From: Candidatus Nitrosopelagicus sp.
GTDB lineage: Archaea; Thermoproteota; Nitrososphaeria; Nitrososphaerales; Nitrosopumilaceae
NCBI GenBank assembly: GCA_028343435.1
Contig: JAOLYM010000001.1
Span: 40,525 to 104,524 of the forward strand
Direction of reading: 5' to 3'
DNA: 64,000 nt
The notes beneath the pieces are model-generated. The model was given only the letters and a program-made list of their open reading frames with translations, had not been told where the DNA came from and searched no databases. Position numbers and translations under genes: made by a program. Shown here in pieces: positions 30,480 to 40,729 of the stretch; the stretch's first letter is position 1, and each line of letters begins with the position of its first letter.

Positions 30480-31622
30480 ATGTATGATGCGGTAGTAGCT
30501 GGAGGAAGTATTTCTGGACTTTTAGCTGCAAGAGAAATTGCAAAAAATGGTCATTCAGTTTTAGTTTTGGAAGAAGGATTCGAAGTAGGAAGTCCAGAAC
30601 ATTGTGGCGGATTAGTTAGCGAAAATGCATTAAAAGAATTAGATATAGAACCATCACCAAAAACATTTGATAGTAAAGTAGAATGTGCAAAGATTTTTTC
30701 TCCAGAAGGAAAAGAGATTACAATTAATTCAAAAAAACAAAAAATCATAGTCATAAATAGAAGAGAGTTAGATAAACAAGCAGCAAGACAAGCAAGAGAT
30801 AATGGAGCTGAGATTTCTGTAAAGACTAGTTTTCAAGAAAAAACTGATAATGTGATAAGAACTTCAAATGGAAATATAGAATGTAAATTTTTTGTAGATT
30901 GTAGGGGAGTTTCAAGATTAGCCAATAAAGATAGAGATGGAATATTACTAACTGCACAATATGAAGTTTATGCAGACTGGATTAAAGAAGGTCAAGTAGA
31001 AGTATATTTTGATCAAGAAAAATATCCAGAATTTTTTGCATGGATAATTCCTTCAGGAAAAGGAGTAGGTAAAGTAGGAGTTTCAGGTAAAGGAATTAAC
31101 ACATTAGGACGAATGGATGAATTTCTAAAATCTAAAGGTGACTTTTCGACAATTAGAAAAATATTTGCACCAATCTGGATCAAAGGACCAATTAAGAATT
31201 TTGTGGAGGATAATACAATAATAGTTGGAGATGCTGCAGGACAAGCAAAACCTACAACTGCAGGAGGTATTTTCTCATGCGGAATGGCAGGAATTATGGC
31301 AGGTAGAGCAATTTCAAAAGCAATAGAGACAGGCGATTCTTCATCATTGATGAATTATGAAAAAGAATGGAAAGAAAAATTTGGAAAAGAGTTTGAGAAG
31401 CAAAATCTTGCTAGAAAAATACTTGCAAGATTAGATAATGGAACAGTGAATAAATTATTTAATTCCATTACACCGGAAATTGAAGAAGATATCTCAAATA
31501 AGGAAGACTTTGATTTTCATACAAGTTCAATTCTCAGATTACTGGGTATGAAAGGTTCCTTCAATACAATGCAGGCATTGATTGGAGGAGAAATCAAGAG
31601 ACTTGTTCAAAATAAAGCATAA
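30480..31622 (+). CDS. Geranylgeranyl reductase-family FAD oxidoreductase
   Basis: YDAVVAGG, CGGL, FAWIIP, VGDAAGQAKPTTAGGI. Confidence 0.87.
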   Translation: MYDAVVAGGSISGLLAAREIAKNGHSVLVLEEGFEVGSPEHCGGLVSENALKELDIEPSPKTFDSKVECAKIFSPEGKEITINSKKQKIIVINRRELDKQAARQARDNGAEISVKTSFQEKTDNVIRTSNGNIECKFFVDCRGVSRLANKDRDGILLTAQYEVYADWIKEGQVEVYFDQEKYPEFFAWIIPSGKGVGKVGVSGKGINTLGRMDEFLKSKGDFSTIRKIFAPIWIKGPIKNFVEDNTIIVGDAAGQAKPTTAGGIFSCGMAGIMAGRAISKAIETGDSSSLMNYEKEWKEKFGKEFEKQNLARKILARLDNGTVNKLFNSITPEIEEDISNKEDFDFHTSSILRLLGMKGSFNTMQALIGGEIKRLVQNKA

Positions 31623-31665
31623 AATTTCAAGGAAGGTATAAATTCCTAATAGAGCAGATTTTAGT

Positions 31666-31845
31666 ATGTCTTCAAGTATTTTACTACCGGTATGTAATGG
31701 ATGTAGTAGACATATTATGCCAGGTGACAAGAATGTTAAATTCAATTGTCCAGAGTGTAATAACGAATTAATTTGGAGATGTGGAAGTTGTAGAGAAGCC
31801 GCAGCACCATATACATGCAAATCATGCGGCTTTTCAGGACCATAG
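31666..31845 (+). CDS. Zn-ribbon protein (HVO_2753/DUF1610 type), 59 aa
   Basis: Hand translation MSSSILLPVCNGC...FNCPEC...WRCGSCR...YTCKSCGFSGP; usual position upstream of EF-1beta. Confidence 0.88.
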   Translation: MSSSILLPVCNGCSRHIMPGDKNVKFNCPECNNELIWRCGSCREAAAPYTCKSCGFSGP

Positions 31846-31848
31846 AAA

Positions 31849-32130
31849 ATGGCTCAATTACTTTTAATTGTAAAAATACTTCCTACTGGAACCGAAGTAG
31901 ATTTAGATAAATTAGTTGAAGGAATAAAATCAAATCTAAAAGATGAGATTGAATTACGAAGACACACAAAAGAGCCATTAGCTTTTGGATTAGAATTTAT
32001 CAAAGCAGAATTCACTTTAGAAGATGCTGAAGGTAAGATGGAATCATTAGAAAATTCTGTCAAATCTGTCGAAGGGGTTAGTGAGTTTGAGGTGCTGAAT
32101 ATGAGCCGCATGTCAGTTGACATGAAATAG
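31849..32130 (+). CDS. ef1b: Translation elongation factor 1-beta
   Basis: [20 protein letters not shown]. Confidence 0.9.
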   Translation: MAQLLLIVKILPTGTEVDLDKLVEGIKSNLKDEIELRRHTKEPLAFGLEFIKAEFTLEDAEGKMESLENSVKSVEGVSEFEVLNMSRMSVDMK

Positions 32131-32138
32131 GAGTTTAG

Positions 32139-34313
32139 TTGACTCGAAATGTCGACCCACTACAAATGAGAGTGGGAGAAGCAAAACAAAGAGATATTGG
32201 GAAAAAAAGAGCTCGAATTGGTCCCGATGCAATGGATTATCTTCAAGTAACACCAGGCGATGTAATACAAATTAACTCAAAAAAATCTACATGTGCTATA
32301 GTTTGGCCAACTGATGAAGATGAGAAATATCCAGATACAATCAGAATTGATGGTCAAACAAGAAAAAATTTAGGAGTTGCATTAAGCGATGTAGTAGAAA
32401 TTAAAAAAATAATAACAAAACCAGCAAAATCAGTTACATTAACTCCAATTACAGACCAAGTGACAGTTGACAAGGAATTTACGGATTTTGTAAAAAATAG
32501 ATTGAAAGGATTACCATTAAGTCAAAGTGATGAAATTTCAGTAATGATTCTTGGAAATGCAATGGATTTTAAAATAGAAAAAATTTCCCCTAAAGGAATA
32601 GTACGTATTGAACGAGCCACCACTCTAACAATTTTATCAGAAGCATCTGAAGATAAAAAATCTCGAATAACGTATGAAGAAGTTGGAGGGTTGCAAGAAG
32701 AAATTAAGATAATGAGAGAAATAGTAGAATTACCGTTAAGACATCCAGAGTTATTTGTAAGATTGGGAATTGAGCCACATAGCGGAGTATTATTGTATGG
32801 TCCACCAGGATGTGGTAAGACATTACTTGCAAAAGTTCTTGCAAGTGAATCAGAAGCAAGAATGTTATCAATTAACGGTCCGGAAATTATGAACAAGTAT
32901 TATGGTGAAACAGAAGCAAAATTGAGGGATATTTTCAAAGAAGCAAAAGAAAATTCTCCAAGTATAATCTTCATTGACGAGATTGATGCAATCGCACCTA
33001 AAAGAGAAGAGGCATACGGCGATGTAGAAAAAAGAGTTGTAGCCCAATTACTTGCATTAATGGATGGATTGACAGATAGAGGAAACGTGGTAGTACTTGG
33101 TGCAACAAATAGACCAGATAGTGTTGATCCTGCATTAAGAAGACCAGGAAGATTTGATAGAGAAATGGAAATTTCAGTTCCAAATGCAGATGGTAGATTA
33201 GAGGTTATGCAGATTCACACAAGAGGAATGCCTATTGCAGATGATGTTAACTTGAAAAGTCTTGCAGCAGAATTACACGGATATACAGGTGCAGATATGA
33301 AATCATTGTGCAGAGAAGCAGCAATAAGATCAATTCGAAGATATTTACCAGAAATTGATTTAGAAACAGAGAAAATTCCTGCAAAAGTTCTTCAATCAAT
33401 GGAAGTAAAAATAATCGACTTTTATGATGCCATGCATGGTATAATCCCTACAGCAATGAGAGAGTTCTATGTAGAACGTTCGAAGGTTTACTGGGAAGAT
33501 GTAGGAGGATTAGAAGAATCAAAACATGTTCTTCAAGATAACTTGATAGTTGCAATGAATGATCCTGAGAAATTTAGTAAAATGGGAATAAAACCACCTA
33601 GAGGGGCATTGTTGTATGGACCACCAGGATGTGGTAAGACAATTTTGGCCAGAGCGTTAGCTACCGAAAGTGGAGGAAACATGATTCTGGTTAGAGGACC
33701 AGAAATATTATCAAAATGGGTAGGAGAATCAGAAAAAGCAATACGTGAAATTTTCAGAAAAGCAAAGGCATCATCACCATGTGTAATAATTTTTGACGAG
33801 CTAGACTCATTGGCAAAAATGAAAAATGGAGAAGAAGGTGGAGGAATTGGAGAAAATATACTCAGTCAAATGTTGACAGAGATGGAAGAAGGAACAACAT
33901 CTAGAGTGGTAATCATAGGAATCACAAACAGACCAGATTTGATTGATAACTCTATGTTACGAACAGGTAGATTAGATTTGAACGTCTTTGTTAGTCCACC
34001 AGATGAAAAAGGTCGTTTAGAAATAATCAAAATATTAACAGATGGAATGCCGTTATCAAAAGATGTAGATTTACATGAGATTTCAGTTGCTACACAGAGT
34101 TATTCAGGTGCAGATTTGGCATCATTATGTAGAGAAGCGGCAGTTGAAGCAATGCAAAATAACTCTAAAGAGATTTCAAGTAAAGACTTTGCTGCAGGAT
34201 TGAAAAAGATCAGACCGTCAATAACAAAAGAAGTAGAATCATGGTATGAGAAGATTAAAGAAGGTGCATCAAGCATTATTCCACGAGAGGCTGACAAAAC
34301 GTTTTACGGTTAG
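32139..34313 (+). CDS. cdc48: CDC48/VCP-family AAA+ ATPase
   Basis: N-domain, two GPPGCGKT Walker A and IFIDE/IFDE Walker [10 protein letters not shown]. Confidence 0.95.
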   Translation: MTRNVDPLQMRVGEAKQRDIGKKRARIGPDAMDYLQVTPGDVIQINSKKSTCAIVWPTDEDEKYPDTIRIDGQTRKNLGVALSDVVEIKKIITKPAKSVTLTPITDQVTVDKEFTDFVKNRLKGLPLSQSDEISVMILGNAMDFKIEKISPKGIVRIERATTLTILSEASEDKKSRITYEEVGGLQEEIKIMREIVELPLRHPELFVRLGIEPHSGVLLYGPPGCGKTLLAKVLASESEARMLSINGPEIMNKYYGETEAKLRDIFKEAKENSPSIIFIDEIDAIAPKREEAYGDVEKRVVAQLLALMDGLTDRGNVVVLGATNRPDSVDPALRRPGRFDREMEISVPNADGRLEVMQIHTRGMPIADDVNLKSLAAELHGYTGADMKSLCREAAIRSIRRYLPEIDLETEKIPAKVLQSMEVKIIDFYDAMHGIIPTAMREFYVERSKVYWEDVGGLEESKHVLQDNLIVAMNDPEKFSKMGIKPPRGALLYGPPGCGKTILARALATESGGNMILVRGPEILSKWVGESEKAIREIFRKAKASSPCVIIFDELDSLAKMKNGEEGGGIGENILSQMLTEMEEGTTSRVVIIGITNRPDLIDNSMLRTGRLDLNVFVSPPDEKGRLEIIKILTDGMPLSKDVDLHEISVATQSYSGADLASLCREAAVEAMQNNSKEISSKDFAAGLKKIRPSITKEVESWYEKIKEGASSIIPREADKTFYG

Positions 34314-34320
34314 ATTTGAT

Positions 34321-34611
34321 ATGGCAATTCCAATAAGAAATCACGTATTAGAAATAATTAAACAAAAAGAAAACTATACCGATAAAGAATTAGAGAAAGC
34401 ACTTACAAAAGACGGTACAGTTATCACCGAAGGTAAATTTAACAAAGTTCTACTAGATTTAGAGATAATGGGATTGATCAATGTAGCATGGGTAACAAAA
34501 GATAATAGAAGAATTCAAGCAGTTACAGAAAAAGTTGAAGAAGATGCCTACGACGAACAAATAAAAGAAACACAAGAAAAAGACTACGAAGCTAGTTTTC
34601 CCAACTCTTAA
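34321..34611 (+). CDS. Winged-helix-like hypothetical protein
   Basis: FNKVLLDLEIMGLINVAW, acidic tail; ATG at 34321. Confidence 0.65.
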   Translation: MAIPIRNHVLEIIKQKENYTDKELEKALTKDGTVITEGKFNKVLLDLEIMGLINVAWVTKDNRRIQAVTEKVEEDAYDEQIKETQEKDYEASFPNS

Positions 34612-34617
34612 AAATTA

Positions 34618-35499
34618 TTAAAATCTGAAATTAAAAGCTGCATCCAATGCAACAGCTAAGAAAATTATTGTCAAATATGGAGCAGTTACTTTGTATGCTT
34701 TCCATGCAAAGTCAGATGTTGGCTCTTTTGTTAATTTATAATGATATACAAGCATTAGACCACCAGAAGCAGCTGCAATTGCTGTGTAAACAAGACCCAT
34801 TCCAAATGCATAAAGCATTAACGAGTATGGAAGTAAAATCAATGTATTAATCAAAATATATTTTGATGTTTTTTGCATTCCAATTAGAACTGGAAGCATT
34901 GGAACTTTGGCTGCAGAATATTCATCCTTCATTTTCATTGCTAGACACCAAAAGTGAGATGGAGTCCAAACGAATACGAGAAATCCAATTAAAAATCCTA
35001 GAATATCCATAGAGCCTGTTGCTGCTGACCATCCAGCCATAGAAGCTGCACTTCCGGCAAAGCCACCAATCACAATGTTTGATGAATTTAATCTCTTTAG
35101 CCATGCTGTGTATATTATCACATAGAAAAATATTCCAAGTGCAATGAAAAATGCTGAGATGTAATTCAAAGCTAATGCACCATATACAACAGAAATCACA
35201 CTTACCGTCAAACCATAAATCAAAACAGAGTTTGGTTTTATTCTTCCAGATGGTATTGGTCTAGTACTGGTTCTTTCCATTAATGGATCAATATCACGGT
35301 CATAGTAGTGATTCAATGCGCTTGAGCCAGCTGATGCCAAACCTCCTGCAATAATGATATGAATTAATCCCCAAGTGTCCAATTCAGGTCCAATCAATTT
35401 ACTTGCTGCATACATCGATGTAACAGCTGTAATTACAAGAAGAACGACAATTCTTGGTTTTGAAATTTCAATTATTTCTTTTATTCCCAATATACTCAT
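34618..35499 (-). CDS. cyoE: Protoheme IX farnesyltransferase (heme o synthase)
   Basis: KPRI, NHYYDRDIDPLMERTSTRPIPSG, WTPSHFW. Confidence 0.93.
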   Translation of the reverse strand: MSILGIKEIIEISKPRIVVLLVITAVTSMYAASKLIGPELDTWGLIHIIIAGGLASAGSSALNHYYDRDIDPLMERTSTRPIPSGRIKPNSVLIYGLTVSVISVVYGALALNYISAFFIALGIFFYVIIYTAWLKRLNSSNIVIGGFAGSAASMAGWSAATGSMDILGFLIGFLVFVWTPSHFWCLAMKMKDEYSAAKVPMLPVLIGMQKTSKYILINTLILLPYSLMLYAFGMGLVYTAIAAASGGLMLVYHYKLTKEPTSDFAWKAYKVTAPYLTIIFLAVALDAAFNFRF

Positions 35500-35590
35500 A
35501 TTTTTGTTGTATCGAATTTATTCCCTTCTAATAGACGATCTTCTTTGTTACATAAGGATAAAATAATACTCTGAAAGCATCAAAGCAGAA

Positions 35591-36397
35591 TTGAGTAATT
35601 GGGATCTAATAATGCCAGGAGGAGGACTAACCGCAATTGGTCTTGTGGGACTTATCACATCATATTCAGGAATTGCCCACACATTCATTGATGGAATGCA
35701 TGCATTGACCGGATTACTCTTCATGTTTGGATTAATAATTTTAACAGCCGGTCTTTTGGAAGGAGGAATTTCAACATCAAATCGTACAAAAGCAACTGTA
35801 CTAGCAATTATCTCAATTTCTCTAGGATTTGGAACATTTGCAACTACAATGACAGAAAATTCAACATTGCCATTATTTGCAGGGATATTAATTATGATTG
35901 CAATTCCGGCAATTGTAATTTCATACTTTGCAATGAAAATGCCAGTTTATGCAAAACCTGTTGGAGTGATCTTTGTTTTAGCATTTGGAACAGGAATCGG
36001 ACTTTACATGGCATTTGGATTTGTAGGACCAGACCCTTACATGGTTGCATCAGACGTTTCAGAAGTAGAAGAAGCCATAGAAGAAGCAATTCCAGAAGGA
36101 CCAATATTCATAATTTCAATGTTAGCAGGATCAGATGTACAAGGTGCTCCAGACTATGAACCAGATGAAGCAGTAGTTTCACAAGGTCACATTATTGAAT
36201 GGGTAAACGATGATGCAATGTCACATACTGCTACAAGTTCAGTAGACTTTGGTGAAACATTTGATACAGGACTACTAAATGCAGGAGAAACTTACAAACT
36301 GGATACTAACAAGTTAGACCTTGGAACATACGAATACATGTGCATTGTGCACCCATGGATGGTCTCAACAATAATTATAGAAGAGTCAGTAGAATAA
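35591..36397 (+). CDS. Multi-TM protein with C-terminal cupredoxin domain
   Basis: About 5 TM helices, then SHTATS and YMCIVHPWM type-1 Cu ligands. Confidence 0.88.
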   Translation: MSNWDLIMPGGGLTAIGLVGLITSYSGIAHTFIDGMHALTGLLFMFGLIILTAGLLEGGISTSNRTKATVLAIISISLGFGTFATTMTENSTLPLFAGILIMIAIPAIVISYFAMKMPVYAKPVGVIFVLAFGTGIGLYMAFGFVGPDPYMVASDVSEVEEAIEEAIPEGPIFIISMLAGSDVQGAPDYEPDEAVVSQGHIIEWVNDDAMSHTATSSVDFGETFDTGLLNAGETYKLDTNKLDLGTYEYMCIVHPWMVSTIIIEESVE

Positions 36398-36402
36398 CAA
36401 TA

Positions 36403-36807
36403 GTGAATAAATCTATTATTTTATCAGATAAGGATAAACAAGAATTAGCAAAGTATGCAGAATCAGAAAAACCATACGAGTCTTGTGCAATTCTAGTTGG
36501 AAATGAGACTGATGAGAACTGGACTGTAAAAGAATTAGTCTTAACAGAAAATACCGCAAAGTCTGAGGTTACTTTTACAATTTCACCTGATAAAGAGTTT
36601 GAAGTAGACCAAAAAGCAAAGAAATCAAACATGGAAATAGTTTGTATTTTTCATTCACATCCAGAATCAGAAGCATATCCATCAGAGACAGACAAAAAAT
36701 TCATGAGAGTGAATCCTTTCCCATGGATAATTTATTCAGGTAAGACAAAAGAAATGAACTGCTTCATTTTAGAAGACGAGAACGTAAAACAGATTTCAAT
36801 AATATAG
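36403..36807 (+). CDS. JAMM/MPN+ metalloprotease (Mov34 family)
   Basis: PYESCAILVG, FHSHP..EAYPSETD; GTG start at 36403. Confidence 0.88.
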   Translation: MNKSIILSDKDKQELAKYAESEKPYESCAILVGNETDENWTVKELVLTENTAKSEVTFTISPDKEFEVDQKAKKSNMEIVCIFHSHPESEAYPSETDKKFMRVNPFPWIIYSGKTKEMNCFILEDENVKQISII

Positions 36808-36843
36808 TGATAAATTAAATAGAACTAATTTTGCATCAAGAAT

Positions 36844-37104
36844 ATGGCAATGGATATACACGTCTACGACACTTATGTTAAAGCCAAAGATGGTCATACA
36901 ATGCATTTCGATGTTATCACCGATAAGCAGGATCATGATCAAGCAATAAAATTTGCAAAAGAATGGCTAGCAACTGTTGGTGAAGAAGGTGCAACTGTAA
37001 CAGGAGAGGAATGTCAATTCTGTCACACACAAGGTGCCCCAGAACCAGTAGAAACTGAGATTAAAGAAAAAGGTTATTTCATCCAAAAGATGGAAGGCTG
37101 TTAA
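36844..37104 (+). CDS. DUF2024-family protein
   Basis: VYDTYV...MHFDV...ECQFCH...MEGC. Confidence 0.8.
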   Translation: MAMDIHVYDTYVKAKDGHTMHFDVITDKQDHDQAIKFAKEWLATVGEEGATVTGEECQFCHTQGAPEPVETEIKEKGYFIQKMEGC

Positions 37105-37182
37105 TTCTATAATCTTTTTTTATTTTATTTTTCTATATTTTACCTAAGTTCATCTAAAAATTTTAAAAAGAAAAGAAAGGAA

Positions 37183-37281
37183 TTATGGGATCATCATTAT
37201 GCCTATACCCACAATCAACAAAAACCCTACAAAAAGAACAGAGCGCTCTTTTTGATCTTTTAGGAGTTTTCTTTCATACAT
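37183..37281 (-). CDS. Putative 32-aa single-TM microprotein
   Basis: Hand translation MYERKLLKDQKERSVLFVGFLLIVGIGIMMIP; TTTAAAA box and GGTGA upstream, T-rich tract downstream. Confidence 0.55.
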   Translation of the reverse strand: MYERKLLKDQKERSVLFVGFLLIVGIGIMMIP

Positions 37282-37400
37282 GAGTCACCAGTTCTTTGTT
37301 TAGATTTTAAACAATGTATCGTATTTTTACAAGTTCATGATACGAATGTACTTAAAGAAAACAAGAAATCTCTATATCGCTCTACAGATTTCAAAATCAT

Positions 37401-37607
37401 GTGAACCTGGAAGATGAATTAAAAGAACACGAAGCGTACATACGTGATACAATTGAATTTTTTCAAAAAGCCAAAGAGACACTGAATATTGCTGAACCAT
37501 TCAGTAAAGATAATGATTTGATAGACAATATGCTTCATGACCTAGATCAATTACATAAACATACAGAAAAAATGCAGAAAAATATTGAAGAAACTAAGAA
37601 TTCATAA
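37401..37607 (+). CDS. Hypothetical helical-hairpin protein
   Basis: 68 aa ORF, GTG start. Confidence 0.55.
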   Translation: MNLEDELKEHEAYIRDTIEFFQKAKETLNIAEPFSKDNDLIDNMLHDLDQLHKHTEKMQKNIEETKNS

Positions 37608-37630
37608 TAGTGACTGTTTTTCTAAATTTT

Positions 37631-39691
37631 CTATAATACAATAACTGCAAAGAATACTGGAACGAATACGATTGCAATTGTGTTCAAGAGTTTGATTACT
37701 GTGTTTAGTGCAGGACCTGCTGTATCTTTGTAAGGATCACCGATGATATCACCGACTACTGCGACTTTATGTTCTTCAGTACCTTTCTCACCTCTCATTT
37801 CAATGAGTTTCTTTGCGTTATCCCATGCACCACCAGTGTTTGCTAAGTGATATGCAAGATAAATTCCAGAGACAACGGCTCCCATTAAGAGACCTGCTAC
37901 TGCAGAAGGACCTAATAATATACCGACAATGATTGGTGCTGCTACTGCAACTGATGCTGATTTCCATAGTTCTCCGATTGATGCAATTGTTGCAACGTCT
38001 ACACACTTTGCATAATCAGGTTTTGATTTACCGGTTAAAATTTCAGGATCTTCTTTGAATTGTCTTCTAACTTCATAGACCATTTTCTTTGCTGCACGTT
38101 CTACACCGCTGATTAATTGGCCTGTGATGATAAATGGAATTAATCCACCAACTAAGAGACCTACAATAACTGATGGGTTTGATAGACCATAGTCAATTAC
38201 AACGTCGCTGAAATAGTGTGATGCCTCAAATTGGAATGCTTGAATCATTGCTAATGCAGCTAGCGCTGCACTTGCAATTGCAAAGCCTTTGGTTACAGCC
38301 TTTGTCGTATTTCCGACTGCGTCAATCTCATCAGTAATTTTACGATTTTCTTCGCCCATTTCAGTCATCTCTACAATACCGCCTGCATTGTCTGCAATTG
38401 GACCGAATGCATCAATTGAGAGAACGATTCCTGCTAGACTTAGCATAGCCATTGCAGTTAGTGATGTTCCAAAGATTCCATACAATAGTGGGTCAGTACC
38501 TTCAGGTGCTGCTGCAGATGTAATTGCAAATGAAATGATAATTGCTGCAACCAGTGCAATCATGAATGGTCCAGTTGATTGTAAGCCTTTGATAATTCCC
38601 ATTAATGTTAGTGATGCATAGCCCCACTTTGCAGATTCAGAAATTTCTACAACAGGTTTTGAGTTTGCGTTTGTGTAATAGTCTGTAATTTTTTGTATAA
38701 CTGGAACCAGAATTACACCGATGACAGTTGAACCAAATAATGCATAAGCAATTGGAGTATCTCCTAAAATTATTTGAGTGAATACAAAGTTAAGTGCAAT
38801 TGCTATTGCTGCTGAAACGTAAAATGAAATGTTCAGTGGCTTCATAACATCAGTAATCTTTCTTGAGCCAATTGTTGCAGTACCAATGATTGATGCTACT
38901 AATCCAGATGCTCCAATTAAGATTGGATATGCAAAGTTTTCTGGTGAACCGATTAATGCTGCAATTAGTAATGATGCTAAAATTGTTACAATGTATGATT
39001 CGTATACGTCTGAACCCATGCCTGCTGCATCCCCTACATTATCACCCACATTATCTGCAATTGTAGCAGGGTTTCGTGGGTCATCTTCAGGAATGTTTGC
39101 TTCTACTTTTCCTACCAAGTCTGCACCCATATCTGCAGCCTTTGTGAAAATTCCACCACCAATTCTAATGAATAATGCAATTAGACTTGCACCAATTCCG
39201 ATACCTGCAATGGTGATTGGGTTTGGATAAATCATATATAAAATTGCGGTTGCAGCTAGTGCCATTGCAGGAACTGCAAGACCAACTGTTGCGCCGCCTC
39301 TAAATGTGATAGCAAAAGTTTTTCCTAAACCAGAGCCTGTTGCATGTGCTGCTCTTACTGCAGCCTTTACTGTAACTTTCAATGAGATAAATCCTGCAAC
39401 TGCAGAAAGTGTTGCACCCACTGCAAAAGCGATTCCATTTGAATCACCAATGAAAAATCCAATAATTACAGATAATCCAATTGCAATTGGAATAATAATT
39501 CTCATTTCACGTCTCAAAAATGCTGCTGCACCGATTCTTACTGCTTCAGAGATTTCCTGCATTTGTTTTGTACCAGGGTTTTGTTTGGCGACCCAGCCCG
39601 TGTATATCCCTGCAACTGCAAAGGATGCAATTGCTGCAATAATTGGAACAATTACCTCGATAGGCAAACCCAGAATAGTTTCAGTAGCCAT
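37631..39691 (-). CDS. hppA: Membrane H+-translocating pyrophosphatase, K+-independent type
   Basis: DMGADLVGKVE, DNVGDNVGD, GNTTKA (Lys marks the K+-independent class), GDPYKDTAGP. Confidence 0.95.
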   Translation of the reverse strand: MATETILGLPIEVIVPIIAAIASFAVAGIYTGWVAKQNPGTKQMQEISEAVRIGAAAFLRREMRIIIPIAIGLSVIIGFFIGDSNGIAFAVGATLSAVAGFISLKVTVKAAVRAAHATGSGLGKTFAITFRGGATVGLAVPAMALAATAILYMIYPNPITIAGIGIGASLIALFIRIGGGIFTKAADMGADLVGKVEANIPEDDPRNPATIADNVGDNVGDAAGMGSDVYESYIVTILASLLIAALIGSPENFAYPILIGASGLVASIIGTATIGSRKITDVMKPLNISFYVSAAIAIALNFVFTQIILGDTPIAYALFGSTVIGVILVPVIQKITDYYTNANSKPVVEISESAKWGYASLTLMGIIKGLQSTGPFMIALVAAIIISFAITSAAAPEGTDPLLYGIFGTSLTAMAMLSLAGIVLSIDAFGPIADNAGGIVEMTEMGEENRKITDEIDAVGNTTKAVTKGFAIASAALAALAMIQAFQFEASHYFSDVVIDYGLSNPSVIVGLLVGGLIPFIITGQLISGVERAAKKMVYEVRRQFKEDPEILTGKSKPDYAKCVDVATIASIGELWKSASVAVAAPIIVGILLGPSAVAGLLMGAVVSGIYLAYHLANTGGAWDNAKKLIEMRGEKGTEEHKVAVVGDIIGDPYKDTAGPALNTVIKLLNTIAIVFVPVFFAVIVL

Positions 39692-39727
39692 TGTATATTT
39701 GAAAAACGAATCTCTGAAGAATATAAA

Positions 39728-40108
39728 TCAACAAGAGATTTTGGGAGAATTTCTTTTCCTATATGGATCAAATGTCTTTCCACGCAACCCCTGACGGACT
39801 AATTTGTTGAATCTTTTACCATGGCTAAGATACGGAAATCTTTGATGGATCAATTCATGGACAATTGTATTTTCCAGAGTCTTTTCATCAGGGATTTTTT
39901 TGACATTGAGGAAAATTGTATTTTTTTCCATGTATGAAACACCATAATACTTGTAGGCCGTAGTTCTACAGCCTTCAGTAATTTCTTTTGGAGCGGCCAT
40001 CACTTCTTTGTTTGTAAAAAATACTTGTGGCTCAGATGTTGAGAATCGTTTTGAGTATATTCCTACTTTTTCTAGTATTACTAAACGGAGCTCATCATCT
40101 AGCTTCAT
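39728..40108 (-). CDS. SprT/M48-like zinc metallopeptidase domain protein
   Basis: HELIH (HExxH) followed by SHGKRF. Confidence 0.7.
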   Translation of the reverse strand: MKLDDELRLVILEKVGIYSKRFSTSEPQVFFTNKEVMAAPKEITEGCRTTAYKYYGVSYMEKNTIFLNVKKIPDEKTLENTIVHELIHQRFPYLSHGKRFNKLVRQGLRGKTFDPYRKRNSPKISC

Positions 40109-40173
40109 GGTTAGATTCTAAATTTTAGACTTTATTGGATGATGTCAAATGATCTTGGCTAAGTGTAAAAGAT

Positions 40174-40227
40174 GGTCAGAGTTTAGTGTTGTAATCACAA
40201 GTCATACAGCCACCGTCTCATCATCCC
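40174..40227 (-). ncRNA. Box C/D methylation-guide sRNA
   Basis: Minus strand: GGG-ATGATGA(C)-GACGGTGGCTGT-ATGA(D')-CTT-GTGATTA(C')-CAACACTAAACT-CTGA(D)-CC; both guides are 12 nt. Confidence 0.85.
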
Positions 40228-40725
40228 TTATTTCATTTGATTTACTATTTTTTGAACCTTGTCTCTCACTTCATCAGTGATTTCAGCAATTACCAACCCT
40301 TCATTGGGTTGACCATACATTACAACTGAATTTGCAGGAGCGAATAGACAAACAGGCAGTACCAGTAAATCTTCTTCACCGTCAACTAGTAATCGAATTG
40401 GAGGCTTTTGCTCAAAAATATCTTTAATGAGATTGTAACTGTCAGTGCTAATTTCGCCAGGATTATTTTTTACGGTTAATTCAGTGTTGATTGATTCAGC
40501 TAAAGGTGGAGAACGTTTCTCACGTTTTTCTTGTCCATCAATAATGTGTAATAATGGAGTTAACCCCATTCCTAAAAGTAACTCTGATGTGGCATCGCCA
40601 ACAGTAATCACAACTTTTTCAGAATAAATTTTTTGAATATAAGATTCTTTTTCAGATGAATCATTTAGAATTAATTTGCCTAAAGGAATTTTTAATTCAT
40701 CACGTAAGTTTGGGGGTAAAATCAA
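40228..40725 (-). CDS. GTP-dependent dephospho-CoA kinase (DUF359)
   Basis: LRDELKIPLG, TVGDAT, NNPGEI, DGEEDL, YGQPNEG; likely TTG start at 40725. Confidence 0.88.
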   Translation of the reverse strand: MILPPNLRDELKIPLGKLILNDSSEKESYIQKIYSEKVVITVGDATSELLLGMGLTPLLHIIDGQEKREKRSPPLAESINTELTVKNNPGEISTDSYNLIKDIFEQKPPIRLLVDGEEDLLVLPVCLFAPANSVVMYGQPNEGLVIAEITDEVRDKVQKIVNQMK

Positions 40726-40729
40726 GAGA

